NCBI GenBank assembly: GCA_964480125.1 | Contig: CAYZNV010000006.1 | Coordinates: 1-54,171, forward strand | DNA: 54,171 nucleotides | Reading direction: 5' to 3' | Source: an uncultured archaeon | Lineage (GTDB): Archaea; Iainarchaeota; Iainarchaeia; Iainarchaeales; VGJJ01 | In this document: positions 17,920 to 26,006 of the stretch, one piece after another | Layout: each line of letters starts with the position of its first letter | How positions within the stretch are numbered: the stretch's first letter is position 1 | Notes under the pieces: generated by a model | Told to the model about the DNA's origin: nothing | Database searches by the model: none | Seen by the model: the letters and a program-made list of their open reading frames with translations, nothing else | Made by a program: the position numbers and the translations under genes

Positions 17920-18165
17920 CGAACGAGGTTGTAGCCATGAGTGGAGATGCACGCAAACCCCTGGAAGTAACTATTTCCACCCATGCAACCAACTCGAGCG
18001 TTCAGGTGCTCACGCCCCTGGATTGCACCCGACAGTGCCTTGCTGACGAAGCAAGGGCCTGGGAAAAGCGTGCAGGAAGGAAACTTCCAAGCCCAGGAAG
18101 ACACTAATCGGCCATCGGGTTGCCACCACCCCCCTGGGTGGCGCCCATTTCTTATTCTTTCTTTT
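17920..18165 (+). ncRNA. Candidate structured RNA or long structured leader (identity unknown; alternatively a 56-aa ORF at 17937-18107)
   Basis: A GC-enriched segment sits between a TATA box and a GCCACC/GGTGGC hairpin (18122-18142) plus a T-rich tract. Internal hairpins: GCCTTGC..GCAAGGGC, and CCTGGG...GGAAG-GAAA-CTTCC...CCCAGG with a GNRA loop. I found no RNase P, SRP or tRNA signature I could confirm. Confidence 0.3.
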
Positions 18166-18177
18166 ACTGGTTCTCGT

Positions 18178-18687
18178 ATGACTTTCCAAAAAATGAAATC
18201 GGGTGTACTGTTAATCACAGGAACCCCTGGCACGGGCAAATCAACCATTGCCAAATCTCTGGGAAAAAAGATTAGGGCATTAGTGGTCAATGAAAAAAGT
18301 TTTTGTCAAAAAGAGAAGTGCGCCACCTTCGATCCCAAAACAAAGGAATGGGAAATTGATCTGAAAAAATACAAAACCGCTTTCACGCGCTATGCGAAGC
18401 AGCATTCCAACAAAACCATTATCCTCGAAGGACACGTAGCGTGCGAAGTTAACTTGCCCGTTTCAAAAATTATTGTGTTAACATGCGGTCCGGTGGAGTT
18501 GGGTTATCGTTTAGCCATGCGCCACTACTCTGAACTCAAAATCCAAGAAAATATGTACTGCGAGGCAACCAATTATTGCACGGAACAAGTCCAAAAACAC
18601 TATCGCGGAAAAAAGGTGCTGAAAGTGGATACTTCCGCTCACTCTCCCACTCAAACAACCCAAAAAATCCAAAAATGGTTGAAATAA
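18178..18687 (+). CDS. Fap7/adenylate kinase 6-like NTPase
   Basis: P-loop LLITGTPGTGKSTIAK near the N-terminus and a size of about 170 aa. The 234-aa track ORF from 17983 is an upstream extension through the GC-rich segment. Confidence 0.75.
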   Translation: MTFQKMKSGVLLITGTPGTGKSTIAKSLGKKIRALVVNEKSFCQKEKCATFDPKTKEWEIDLKKYKTAFTRYAKQHSNKTIILEGHVACEVNLPVSKIIVLTCGPVELGYRLAMRHYSELKIQENMYCEATNYCTEQVQKHYRGKKVLKVDTSAHSPTQTTQKIQKWLK

Positions 18688-18694
18688 TTTTGTG

Positions 18695-19312
18695 CTAGTT
18701 CTTGCGCGGAACGTGCTTGGGTTCTTTTCCCGTTAAATCCCATAACTCTGAGGGAGGATTCTCTAGCTTTCCCGCATCCAGCACAAAATCCACTTTTTCG
18801 AGGATTTCTGTTGGGATGTCCGCAATGGACTTCGCGTGCGGCTGGCCCGAAACATTCACGCTCGTGGTCACAAAAGGAATTGCCGCTTCTTCCACGAGCT
18901 GCGTAAAGGGATGTTTTGGAATGCGCACGCCCATGGATGCGCTAGGAGAAACCTCTTCTAGGAATCCCGGGATTTTTTTTGGAAGGATGAGGGTGTAGGG
19001 TCCCGGGAGCTTTTCCAAGAATTTGGTAAACTTTACCTCAAAATGCGCATGGATCCACTCCTTGGAGGGAGCAATAATGGAGAAAGGCTTCTGGGTCTCC
19101 CGGGACTTCATAGAACGAATGCGCTTCACTGCTGCCACATTCTCTGCCGCACACCCAATCCCATAAATCGTATCCGTGGGATAAATGAAAATCTTCCCCG
19201 AGCGCATGGCCTGGAGAATTTGGGAATGTGCTGAAGTGACTTTATCCCATGGAATAAGGATCGGCATTTCGAGTTTGGACACCCAAACGCCTAAAAAGGG
19301 GCTCGACCCCAT
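18695..19312 (-). CDS. YrdC/Sua5-family L-threonylcarbamoyladenylate synthase (YrdC domain only)
   Basis: IFIYPTDTIYGIGCAA, FSIIAP and SVNVSGQP motifs. The likely start is the internal ATG at 19267 (MPILIPW...). Confidence 0.85.
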   Translation of the reverse strand: MGSSPFLGVWVSKLEMPILIPWDKVTSAHSQILQAMRSGKIFIYPTDTIYGIGCAAENVAAVKRIRSMKSRETQKPFSIIAPSKEWIHAHFEVKFTKFLEKLPGPYTLILPKKIPGFLEEVSPSASMGVRIPKHPFTQLVEEAAIPFVTTSVNVSGQPHAKSIADIPTEILEKVDFVLDAGKLENPPSELWDLTGKEPKHVPRKN

Positions 19313-19350
19313 TCTATCGTTGAATTATTTCAGTCTAGGGGGATTTATTC

Positions 19351-20595
19351 GTGCAAACAAGACATCTTTTTTCAATATTATTGCTGGCATTCCTATTTTC
19401 GAATGTGCAGGGACTGATGCTCCAAGAAAAGAGCCTCTCCACGTATGCTTTTCCCGGATTTGAAATCGCTTCTCCTTCCATGCAGCACTGCGAAACCATC
19501 ACATTCTCTCCTTTCTTGGACTATAATCACGCGCTCAATGACACGCTGCTTAACCTCGGGATTGAATTCTCTCCCGCGACGGATTTTGATTCCAATGTCA
19601 CTATTTCTTCCAACAACCAATTGATTCAAACCATTTACTCGCGCGACTTTATTGGTAAAAACAAAGCCCACGTGCTGATTCCCGCGCAAATCCAACAAAA
19701 AAATGGAACCACGCTCACCATTTGTGGGAATTCATCCCCTTCCTTGCAGCGATTGTATGTGTCTTCTAGCGGGAGCTTGGGACTCTACCAACAACCCCAC
19801 TTCGATCGTGCGAGGGATTTCGAAACCGTGGTGGTGACGCCTGAACGCATTCTCGGACAAGAAGTCCAAGTCAATGTGTTCGTGCGCAATTCAGGCGCAT
19901 TGCCGGCCAGCGTGCACGTGGATTACCGCAAGTATGACGTGCCGTATTTGCCCTTACTCAAAGGCGAAACCGGATTTGACACCACGCTCGAACCCAATGA
20001 GAGCCGCACCATTACGTATTACATCAAACCCCTGCGCTCGGTAGATCTCGCATTGCCTCCGGCCGTGCTTACTTACACAAATATTTTTGGCGAAGAAGAA
20101 AGAATAGAATCCAATCGCGCCCAAGTCCGCGTGAAGCAGCCCGAGTTCAATGTCAAAGGAGTATTTTTATTGAATCAAACCCACGCGCGCGTGAATGAAC
20201 CCATTGATGTGCGCTGGCTTGCGCAGAATGATGGCATTGATCCCCTCTATGGGTTAAGTGCCACCTACGTTGTTTCCCCAGAAGGAGGAGTCACGCTTCC
20301 TCGCATGATGATTCCGGAACTGCTCCCCTCCAAAGCCGAAAGCCGCGGATTCACCATCCAATTCGCAAAAGCCGGAACCTATACGTTGGGTTGTGTGATA
20401 TTCCAAGAAAGCAATCCTGAGTTGCATACGAACTGTCAAGGAACTACTATTACTATCACCGAAGACAATCGCTTAATCACGCTGCTGCTTTCGTTGTTGT
20501 TAGTGGTAATTGGAATCGGAGTCTATGCGTACATCTACTACTCCAAACCCCCAACACGAACAGAAGTAAAACCCAAGAAACGCTTTCAGGTGTAG
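19351..20595 (+). CDS. Hypothetical cell-surface protein (signal peptide, CARDB/Ig-like beta-rich regions, C-terminal TM anchor)
   Basis: GTG start, hydrophobic leader LFSILLLAFLFSNVQG, C-terminal LLLSLLLVVIGIGVYAYIYY followed by a basic tail, and multiple NxT/S sequons. Confidence 0.65.
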   Translation: MQTRHLFSILLLAFLFSNVQGLMLQEKSLSTYAFPGFEIASPSMQHCETITFSPFLDYNHALNDTLLNLGIEFSPATDFDSNVTISSNNQLIQTIYSRDFIGKNKAHVLIPAQIQQKNGTTLTICGNSSPSLQRLYVSSSGSLGLYQQPHFDRARDFETVVVTPERILGQEVQVNVFVRNSGALPASVHVDYRKYDVPYLPLLKGETGFDTTLEPNESRTITYYIKPLRSVDLALPPAVLTYTNIFGEEERIESNRAQVRVKQPEFNVKGVFLLNQTHARVNEPIDVRWLAQNDGIDPLYGLSATYVVSPEGGVTLPRMMIPELLPSKAESRGFTIQFAKAGTYTLGCVIFQESNPELHTNCQGTTITITEDNRLITLLLSLLLVVIGIGVYAYIYYSKPPTRTEVKPKKRFQV

Positions 20596-20660
20596 GCCAG
20601 TTTCGGCTGGCCGCAGCGAGAACGGGTATCGCAGTGCGATACCTGGTTTTTTCTCAAATC
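20595..20660 (+). repeat. Double-hairpin intergenic element, copy B
   Basis: The first 35 nt are identical to copy A. Hairpin 2 is GGTATCGC-agt-GCGATACC (paired T>C / A>G change relative to A). The tail is GGTTTTTTCTCAAATC. The element overlaps the last base of the TAG stop. Confidence 0.8.
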
Positions 20661-20843
20661 ATTCCCTATCCCTTAAAAAAGAATGGAATGGGTATTGGGT
20701 GTATAGGTCCATTGCAATGTCATACAGTCACATACATTTGATTTCGGCTTCTTCTCGCGGCTTTACTTCACTCCCTTCACGTCTCACGCTTTTCGCGCAT
20801 TTTGTGCAAAATGCCATTCAATCAGATTCGGAGGAATAAACAT

Positions 20844-21203
20844 ATGCCATACCATAACGATCAATCACGCGGAGATTTTGACAATCGCGGAGGAGAATTC
20901 CAGCAACGCCGCCGCTTCACGCCACAGGCACCCATTCCAGTCAAGGAAGGAGAAACCTACGAAGTCACGATTGAAGGCATTGGAGAAAAGGGAGATGGCA
21001 TTGCCAAAATCCAAGGATTTGTCATCATCGTCCCCAAGACCCAGCAAGGACAACACGTGAAAGTGCGCATCACGGCGGTAAGAGGAAAAGTCTCTTTCGC
21101 CGAAGTCGTGGAAGAAATGGGATCCGCTCCCACTGCCTCTGAATCTAACGACGAAGAAGCAGATGAAAGCGAAGAAGAAATGGAAGACGATGAAGAAAAT
21201 TAA
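20844..21203 (+). CDS. TRAM-domain RNA-binding protein with RG-rich N-terminus and acidic C-terminal tail
   Basis: PVKEGETYEVTIEGIGEKGDGIAKIQGFVIIVPKTQQGQHVKVRITAVRGKVSFAEVV is a TRAM/OB-like core. GGAGG SD lies 9 nt upstream of the ATG at 20844. Confidence 0.8.
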   Translation: MPYHNDQSRGDFDNRGGEFQQRRRFTPQAPIPVKEGETYEVTIEGIGEKGDGIAKIQGFVIIVPKTQQGQHVKVRITAVRGKVSFAEVVEEMGSAPTASESNDEEADESEEEMEDDEEN

Positions 21204-21223
21204 TCAAAAAAATTAGAAAAAAA

Positions 21224-21262
21224 GAAAGGGAAGCAATCGCCTCCCTTCTCCTATTTTTTATT
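21224..21262. terminator. Bidirectional hairpin terminator between convergent genes
   Basis: AAGGGA(21226-21231)/TCCCTT(21242-21247) stem, flanked by an A-run upstream and T-runs downstream. Confidence 0.4.
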
Positions 21263-21288
21263 CACTTTTTTTCACAATCTTATTCTCA

Positions 21289-22110
21289 TTATTTTCTACG
21301 CGCAGCAAATCTGCCCTTCTTGTGATGGGTGGCTTTGGAGGCGTGGTGCTTTGCCGTAGGATGCTTGTGCGTTCCCATGACTTGATGTGTTACATCCGCG
21401 AACAACGTGTACCATGTGACAATCCACAAATAGCTCGCAAAACCAAATGCAGGGATTAGGAGCGTGAACAGGCTGAGCGTGGAGATGATAGTGGCAATCC
21501 CAATCAACACTACTCCATATCCAGCGGCCACGGCCCAGCTCATCCAATATTCTTTCGTTGCTACCACATTCAATATCTCAGGGAACTTGAATGCGTCTCC
21601 TAATTGCTTATTCTTCGCATAGAACTGAACGGCAATGGGGAACATCAATAGTGCGAGAATCCCCAATACCAGTGCGATGAGCCCATATACTGCCCCACTC
21701 AAAATGAGCAATAAGAATCCTTGGACTGCGGCTAAGGGTTGCCAAATGATATTGTGGAAAACCCCATACACTAGTGGGAATGAATTCGCCACGCCGAAAA
21801 GAATCACAATCATGGCCGGCAAGAAATACAACAAGAAAATGACCCAGACCATCAATCCGGAGAAAAACAAATCCACATAATCATCGAATCGAGGCATCGA
21901 GTGATCATTCCGAATGGTACGGCGAGAGGCCTCAATTCCCAGGCCATGCGTCAACACGCTCAACAAAGAAAGCAATCCCCCCACGAGCGTGCCAAAAATC
22001 ACGGTGAGTGCTCCTCCTAATACGTGGAAGGCCATGAATGCGCTTCCCAAAACAACAGTCGTCAAGTCCGTCTTGAGCGGGCGCTTGATCGCTTCCAAAA
22101 ATTCAACCAT
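21289..22110 (-). CDS. Multi-pass membrane protein (DUF4013-like) with His/Lys-rich tail
   Basis: 273 aa with about 6 hydrophobic helices. The N-terminal MVEFLEAIKRPL pattern recalls DUF4013 (from memory). The C-terminal tail is HKHPTAKHHASKATHHKKGRFAARRK. Confidence 0.65.
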   Translation of the reverse strand: MVEFLEAIKRPLKTDLTTVVLGSAFMAFHVLGGALTVIFGTLVGGLLSLLSVLTHGLGIEASRRTIRNDHSMPRFDDYVDLFFSGLMVWVIFLLYFLPAMIVILFGVANSFPLVYGVFHNIIWQPLAAVQGFLLLILSGAVYGLIALVLGILALLMFPIAVQFYAKNKQLGDAFKFPEILNVVATKEYWMSWAVAAGYGVVLIGIATIISTLSLFTLLIPAFGFASYLWIVTWYTLFADVTHQVMGTHKHPTAKHHASKATHHKKGRFAARRK

Positions 22111-22373
22111 ATTCCTTCAACTCCTCCAAAATGGAACGTAATGCCTGAAAGAAAAAATTGGCGTTTAAAAATGGCAGGGTGTGCCTTCTCCTCAATGGAA
22201 CCGCCTCCCTTAAATCATCCATCGCCCACTGCTTCTTCATTCCGGCTTCCCTTCCGGTTCAAGGGAGTCAATGCCAATGCCGCTCGCGCGCACGGGGGCC
22301 TAACCACCTCCTTCTCGTGCAAATTGCTTGCATCGTGCTCGCGCAGCAGCGCATGGCGGAGAGTTGATGCGGG

Positions 22374-22811
22374 ATGCGTCATGAAAAGTCATGCGGAGCA
22401 GTCGTATTTAGGGATAACAAATTCCTATTGCTCAAGAACTCAAAATCAAAAAACTGGGGAGCACCCAAAGGCCACGTCGAAAACGATGAGACGGAAGAAG
22501 AAACCGCGCGAAGGGAAATATTTGAAGAAACAGGATTGAGTAACCTGCGCTTTCTCCCAGGGTTTAGGCAAATCAATCACTTTTCTCTCTATCTTGGTGG
22601 AAAAAAGGTATCAAAAGAAGTGGTATTCTTTCTCGCGGAAAGCAAAAGCGGAAACGTTACTCTTTCTAATGAGCACTCTGCCTATGAATGGCTCAACTTT
22701 GAAGATGCCATCCATCGCGTGAAATTCCGAGCGCTGAAATCCATCCTCATCAATGCAGCCAAGACACTGGATTCGAAGTTTTCGCTTTCCGTTCCTGCTG
22801 AAAAAAATTAA
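22374..22811 (+). CDS. NUDIX hydrolase
   Basis: Nudix box GAPKGHVENDETEEETARREIFEETGL (GX5EX7REUXEEXGU). Confidence 0.9.
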   Translation: MRHEKSCGAVVFRDNKFLLLKNSKSKNWGAPKGHVENDETEEETARREIFEETGLSNLRFLPGFRQINHFSLYLGGKKVSKEVVFFLAESKSGNVTLSNEHSAYEWLNFEDAIHRVKFRALKSILINAAKTLDSKFSLSVPAEKN

Positions 22812-22924
22812 TCACAAAAAACAAGAAAAGCCATTGTACTATTTGGTTCGCATAAAAGAGCATTAGCCAAAGGCGTTTGCTTTTCTTTGTGTATTAAAAA
22901 CCCCAAGATGGCTACTTCCATCAT

Positions 22925-25249
22925 ATGCACGCCAAACTACTCCTACCCCTATTCCTGATCGCGCTACTTGCGCTTTCGGGCTGTACTTCTCCCACGGGAA
23001 AAGACATTACTTTTTCAGTCTTGAGCCACGGGACCCAATCTTCGTTCACGCTCGAGCAACAAAAAGTATTCCGCACCCAAGGGGAGTTCGAGACATTCTG
23101 GAAAGCCAATTCCACTCCAACCCCGCTCGCTTCCATTGGAACAATTGATTATGGGCGCGAAACCCTCATCCTGCTTGCACTCGGAGAAAAGAGCACAGGA
23201 GGATATGACATCCGCGTGGATCGCGTGACGCTGGCAGGAAACAATGTGCTGGTGAACTACACCAAAATCTCTCCCGCGTTGAACTCCTACAACGACGAGG
23301 TGCTCACCCAACCCTACGTGCTAATCAAGCTCTCCAAGCGCGTGACTCCGGAGCAAGTCCAATTCGTGGGAACAGATTATATCACTCCCTCCACTACCGA
23401 AACACAATGGCTGGCCTACAAACCCGTGCAGGCGCAGAATAATCCATGGCAATTGTACGATGGCGTGTTCGTGAATACTCCTACTGAAGCCGAGCGCGCC
23501 AGCGCATGGCTTTCTTCGCGCGGCGTTTCATTCACCACCCTCGCATTCGTGCCCCATGATGAAATTGTTTGTGCTGCGTTGAATTGCCCGCGAGGGGATT
23601 ACTTGTATGTGAAGGCCAACAACGCCGATGCCGTGCAAAAACTAAAAGCAGAGGGATTTTTCTCTCCGGTTGATCCATTCGTGGTCGCGGAAAAGAACGA
23701 TGCCGTTCATGCGGTGCTGTACTTCGTGAATCCCACTACTACGAATGTCTATTATGGTGGCTGCAACGCATTCACGGCACGCCTTCTAGTCGAGGGACAA
23801 GAACCCAATCCCATGCCTGAAAAGACATGCGTGTGGGAAGGATTGCCCTCCACGCTACCCGCGCAGAACGAAACCACTCTCCTCGCGACTCTCTCGCAAG
23901 CTGGAGTATATGATTTCGCCATTGGATATGGGATGGGATGCGATGCCACCCAACCATTGAGCCAAGGAAATTGTTCTGCGCAAGGAGTGATTTACTCCAA
24001 CGCACTCACTTATTCTTCTGCTGGATTTGAAGGCGTGAAGATGGGGATTGGACTCATGCAGTGTCAATCGAATCCATGGCAAGTCGGAGAATATGCCATT
24101 ACCGACGAAACGGATGAACTGAAATTCACGCGCTGGTTGAATGACAATGGCATCAGCGCATTGGCCGTTACCTATACTCCTTCCCCCGAAGGATTCGCGG
24201 CGTGCAGCGCATGCAATTGTCCAAATGGAGATTCATACTCCATCATCGTCTCACAGGACGACGCAAAGAAAGCCAGTGAATTGGGATTTGAAATTATCTC
24301 TGTGCCGCAAGAAGGAGGAGTCATTTCTTCTCCTGAAACCAACAACTACTCCCAGTTGACGTGGTTAGTGATTAATCCCTACCAATGCTTTGCCAACAAA
24401 TGGCCTGTTCCCAAGCAAGTCGTCAAATCAACTGAAACAGATATGGGTGCGATGAAGGCCTGGTTGGAAAGCAAGGGAGCCACTATCAATGAAATGGCAC
24501 TCATCCGAGGACTTTCCACGCTTAACGTGCAATGCCTCAAGCGCACGAATGACATCTATGCAGTGGGAGTCGAAAATAATTCGGATGCCGAAATCGTACG
24601 ACAATCCGGATTCGTTTACGCCTCTGCGGCACAAAGCGCAAAATTTTCTTCCACTCCAGCGGATGACCCTATTGTGCCATTCGTGTACAAAACAAAATAT
24701 TGCGCTACTCCCGCATGGCAAACCAATCCAACAGGAGAAGAAAATTATTCCAGCAGCGCGAATGCATTAAGCGAGTGGCTCAATGCGCAAGGGATTCCCT
24801 TCGAAGCGCTCACTATTCACACGATTCCAAAATCCACCACTGGAAGTTGTGACACGGACTCAGGATATGGAATGCGCGTGCTCGTGCCAAAATGGGCCAC
24901 GTATCACTTGGGGCCCTATGGCTTTGTGACGGTTTCGACGGTCAATGTCAAAAATCAAGTGTATCCCAACAAGAACCCACCCGCTCCAGTGGAAGCCATT
25001 CCAGAACCGGAGACTGTTGAAGAATATTATGCGTCCATTGATTATTCATGCAACGTCGATGCGGATTGTGTGGTGAAAAATATTGGAAGGTATGGATATT
25101 ATCCGGGCTGTACAAATGTCAATTCGTACACGAATCCCGCGCTAATTAGAAGGCTTTTATCAGAGGAGCAGATACTTGTTGGTGCGGAGGCTCCAACAAT
25201 TACTTCATGCATTTGTCAACAAAATAGTTGCGTTGACAACTCCCCTTAG
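22925..25249 (+). CDS. Lipoprotein: PrcB_C-like domain, four copies of an uncharacterised about 82-aa Cys-containing repeat, and a C-terminal Cys-rich module
   Basis: Lipobox LLALSGC at aa 14-20. The GEKSTGGYDIRVDRV block is typical of the PrcB C-terminal domain. The four repeats align on the conserved pattern (C)..PW(Q/P)...WL..xG(I/V)...C...GF; the CPxGD element occurs only in repeats 1-2 and is replaced in 3-4. Confidence 0.75.
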   Translation: MHAKLLLPLFLIALLALSGCTSPTGKDITFSVLSHGTQSSFTLEQQKVFRTQGEFETFWKANSTPTPLASIGTIDYGRETLILLALGEKSTGGYDIRVDRVTLAGNNVLVNYTKISPALNSYNDEVLTQPYVLIKLSKRVTPEQVQFVGTDYITPSTTETQWLAYKPVQAQNNPWQLYDGVFVNTPTEAERASAWLSSRGVSFTTLAFVPHDEIVCAALNCPRGDYLYVKANNADAVQKLKAEGFFSPVDPFVVAEKNDAVHAVLYFVNPTTTNVYYGGCNAFTARLLVEGQEPNPMPEKTCVWEGLPSTLPAQNETTLLATLSQAGVYDFAIGYGMGCDATQPLSQGNCSAQGVIYSNALTYSSAGFEGVKMGIGLMQCQSNPWQVGEYAITDETDELKFTRWLNDNGISALAVTYTPSPEGFAACSACNCPNGDSYSIIVSQDDAKKASELGFEIISVPQEGGVISSPETNNYSQLTWLVINPYQCFANKWPVPKQVVKSTETDMGAMKAWLESKGATINEMALIRGLSTLNVQCLKRTNDIYAVGVENNSDAEIVRQSGFVYASAAQSAKFSSTPADDPIVPFVYKTKYCATPAWQTNPTGEENYSSSANALSEWLNAQGIPFEALTIHTIPKSTTGSCDTDSGYGMRVLVPKWATYHLGPYGFVTVSTVNVKNQVYPNKNPPAPVEAIPEPETVEEYYASIDYSCNVDADCVVKNIGRYGYYPGCTNVNSYTNPALIRRLLSEEQILVGAEAPTITSCICQQNSCVDNSP

Positions 25250-25917
25250 TCCAACATTCCTTCCTCTCGGAAGGAAAATATTTTTTTATTTTGGGACACG
25301 ATGCAGTGATCTCTCAACTCTACTCCCATCCACTGCGCGCCCTCAATGAGGTGCTTGGTGAGGAGGATATCCTGATTGCTGGGTTCTGTTTCTCCGGAAG
25401 GATGATTGTGCATGACCACAAATGCAATCGCATGGCGCTTGAGCACTTCTCCCAAAACATCTCGGGGTTCCACCAGCACCGCATAGCGTGTTCCCTTGCC
25501 GAGTTCAATGGGGAAACCAATCAATCGCTCGCGCGCATCCAGTGGCAGAACATAGAATGTCTCGTGTGATAATGATTCGATGCGCTCGCGCACCCATTCA
25601 GCTCCTTCTTCCAGCGTAATGGGTTGTTTCACTTGGTGCTGCATGCGCAACCCAATCTCATGCACGGCCTGCAATGCAATCCGCTGCACGCGACCGATGC
25701 GCATCTTCTCTAATTCAATGAGCGGAATCGCATGCACGCGCGACCAATCCCCTTCTGCTGCGATGAAAAGGGATTGAGCCACCTCTACTACATTCTGCTC
25801 TCTGTTTCCCGTGCGCAAAATAATGGCTAATAACTCCGCATCCGAAAGCGCATGCATCCCTTCTCTTTCCGCTCGCTCGCGCGGCTTCAATTGCAGGGGC
25901 CATTTCTTCAAGTGCAT
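25246..25917 (-). CDS. radC: RadC-like JAB-domain protein
   Basis: LSDAELLAIILRTG (HhH-like N-terminus) and the JAMM-like HNHPSGETEPS motif. The start is taken at the internal ATG 25917, because the 26019 start would overlap the divergent DsbA-like gene. Confidence 0.85.
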   Translation of the reverse strand: MHLKKWPLQLKPRERAEREGMHALSDAELLAIILRTGNREQNVVEVAQSLFIAAEGDWSRVHAIPLIELEKMRIGRVQRIALQAVHEIGLRMQHQVKQPITLEEGAEWVRERIESLSHETFYVLPLDARERLIGFPIELGKGTRYAVLVEPRDVLGEVLKRHAIAFVVMHNHPSGETEPSNQDILLTKHLIEGAQWMGVELRDHCIVSQNKKIFSFREEGMLD

Positions 25918-26006
25918 GCGCTGTTCGTCCTTGGAATGATTGAAATACCTATGGAGAATTTCTCGCGGAGCGAGACATATAAAAATGGGGATTCGCTCCT
26001 TCATGC

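Noticed and set aside
17983-18177. N-terminal 65-aa extension of the Fap7-like ORF, and the 149-aa minus ORF 17841-18290
   Set aside because: The P-loop of this kinase family sits within about 15 residues of the true N-terminus. The extension (MQPTRAFRCSRPWIAPDS...) runs through the GC-rich structured segment and has Arg/Pro/Trp-rich non-protein-like composition. The minus ORF is similar.
22111-22246. 45-aa minus-strand ORF (MKKQWAMDDLREAVPL...) overlapping the DUF4013-like start by 8 nt
   Set aside because: It begins upstream of the only plausible TATA for that strand (22166-22173), lacks a canonical SD, and has no recognisable features.
22242-22266. Minus-strand CCGGAAGGGAAGCCGG, resembling the SRP RNA helix-8 CCGGAAGG(G)AGCA motif
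   Set aside because: The 5'-side AGG of the symmetric loop is absent. I found no long helix-5-type pairing of flanking sequence. The motif is more simply explained by a TCCCTT/AAGGGA hairpin. A minus-strand RNA gene here would need a promoter inside the Nudix gene.
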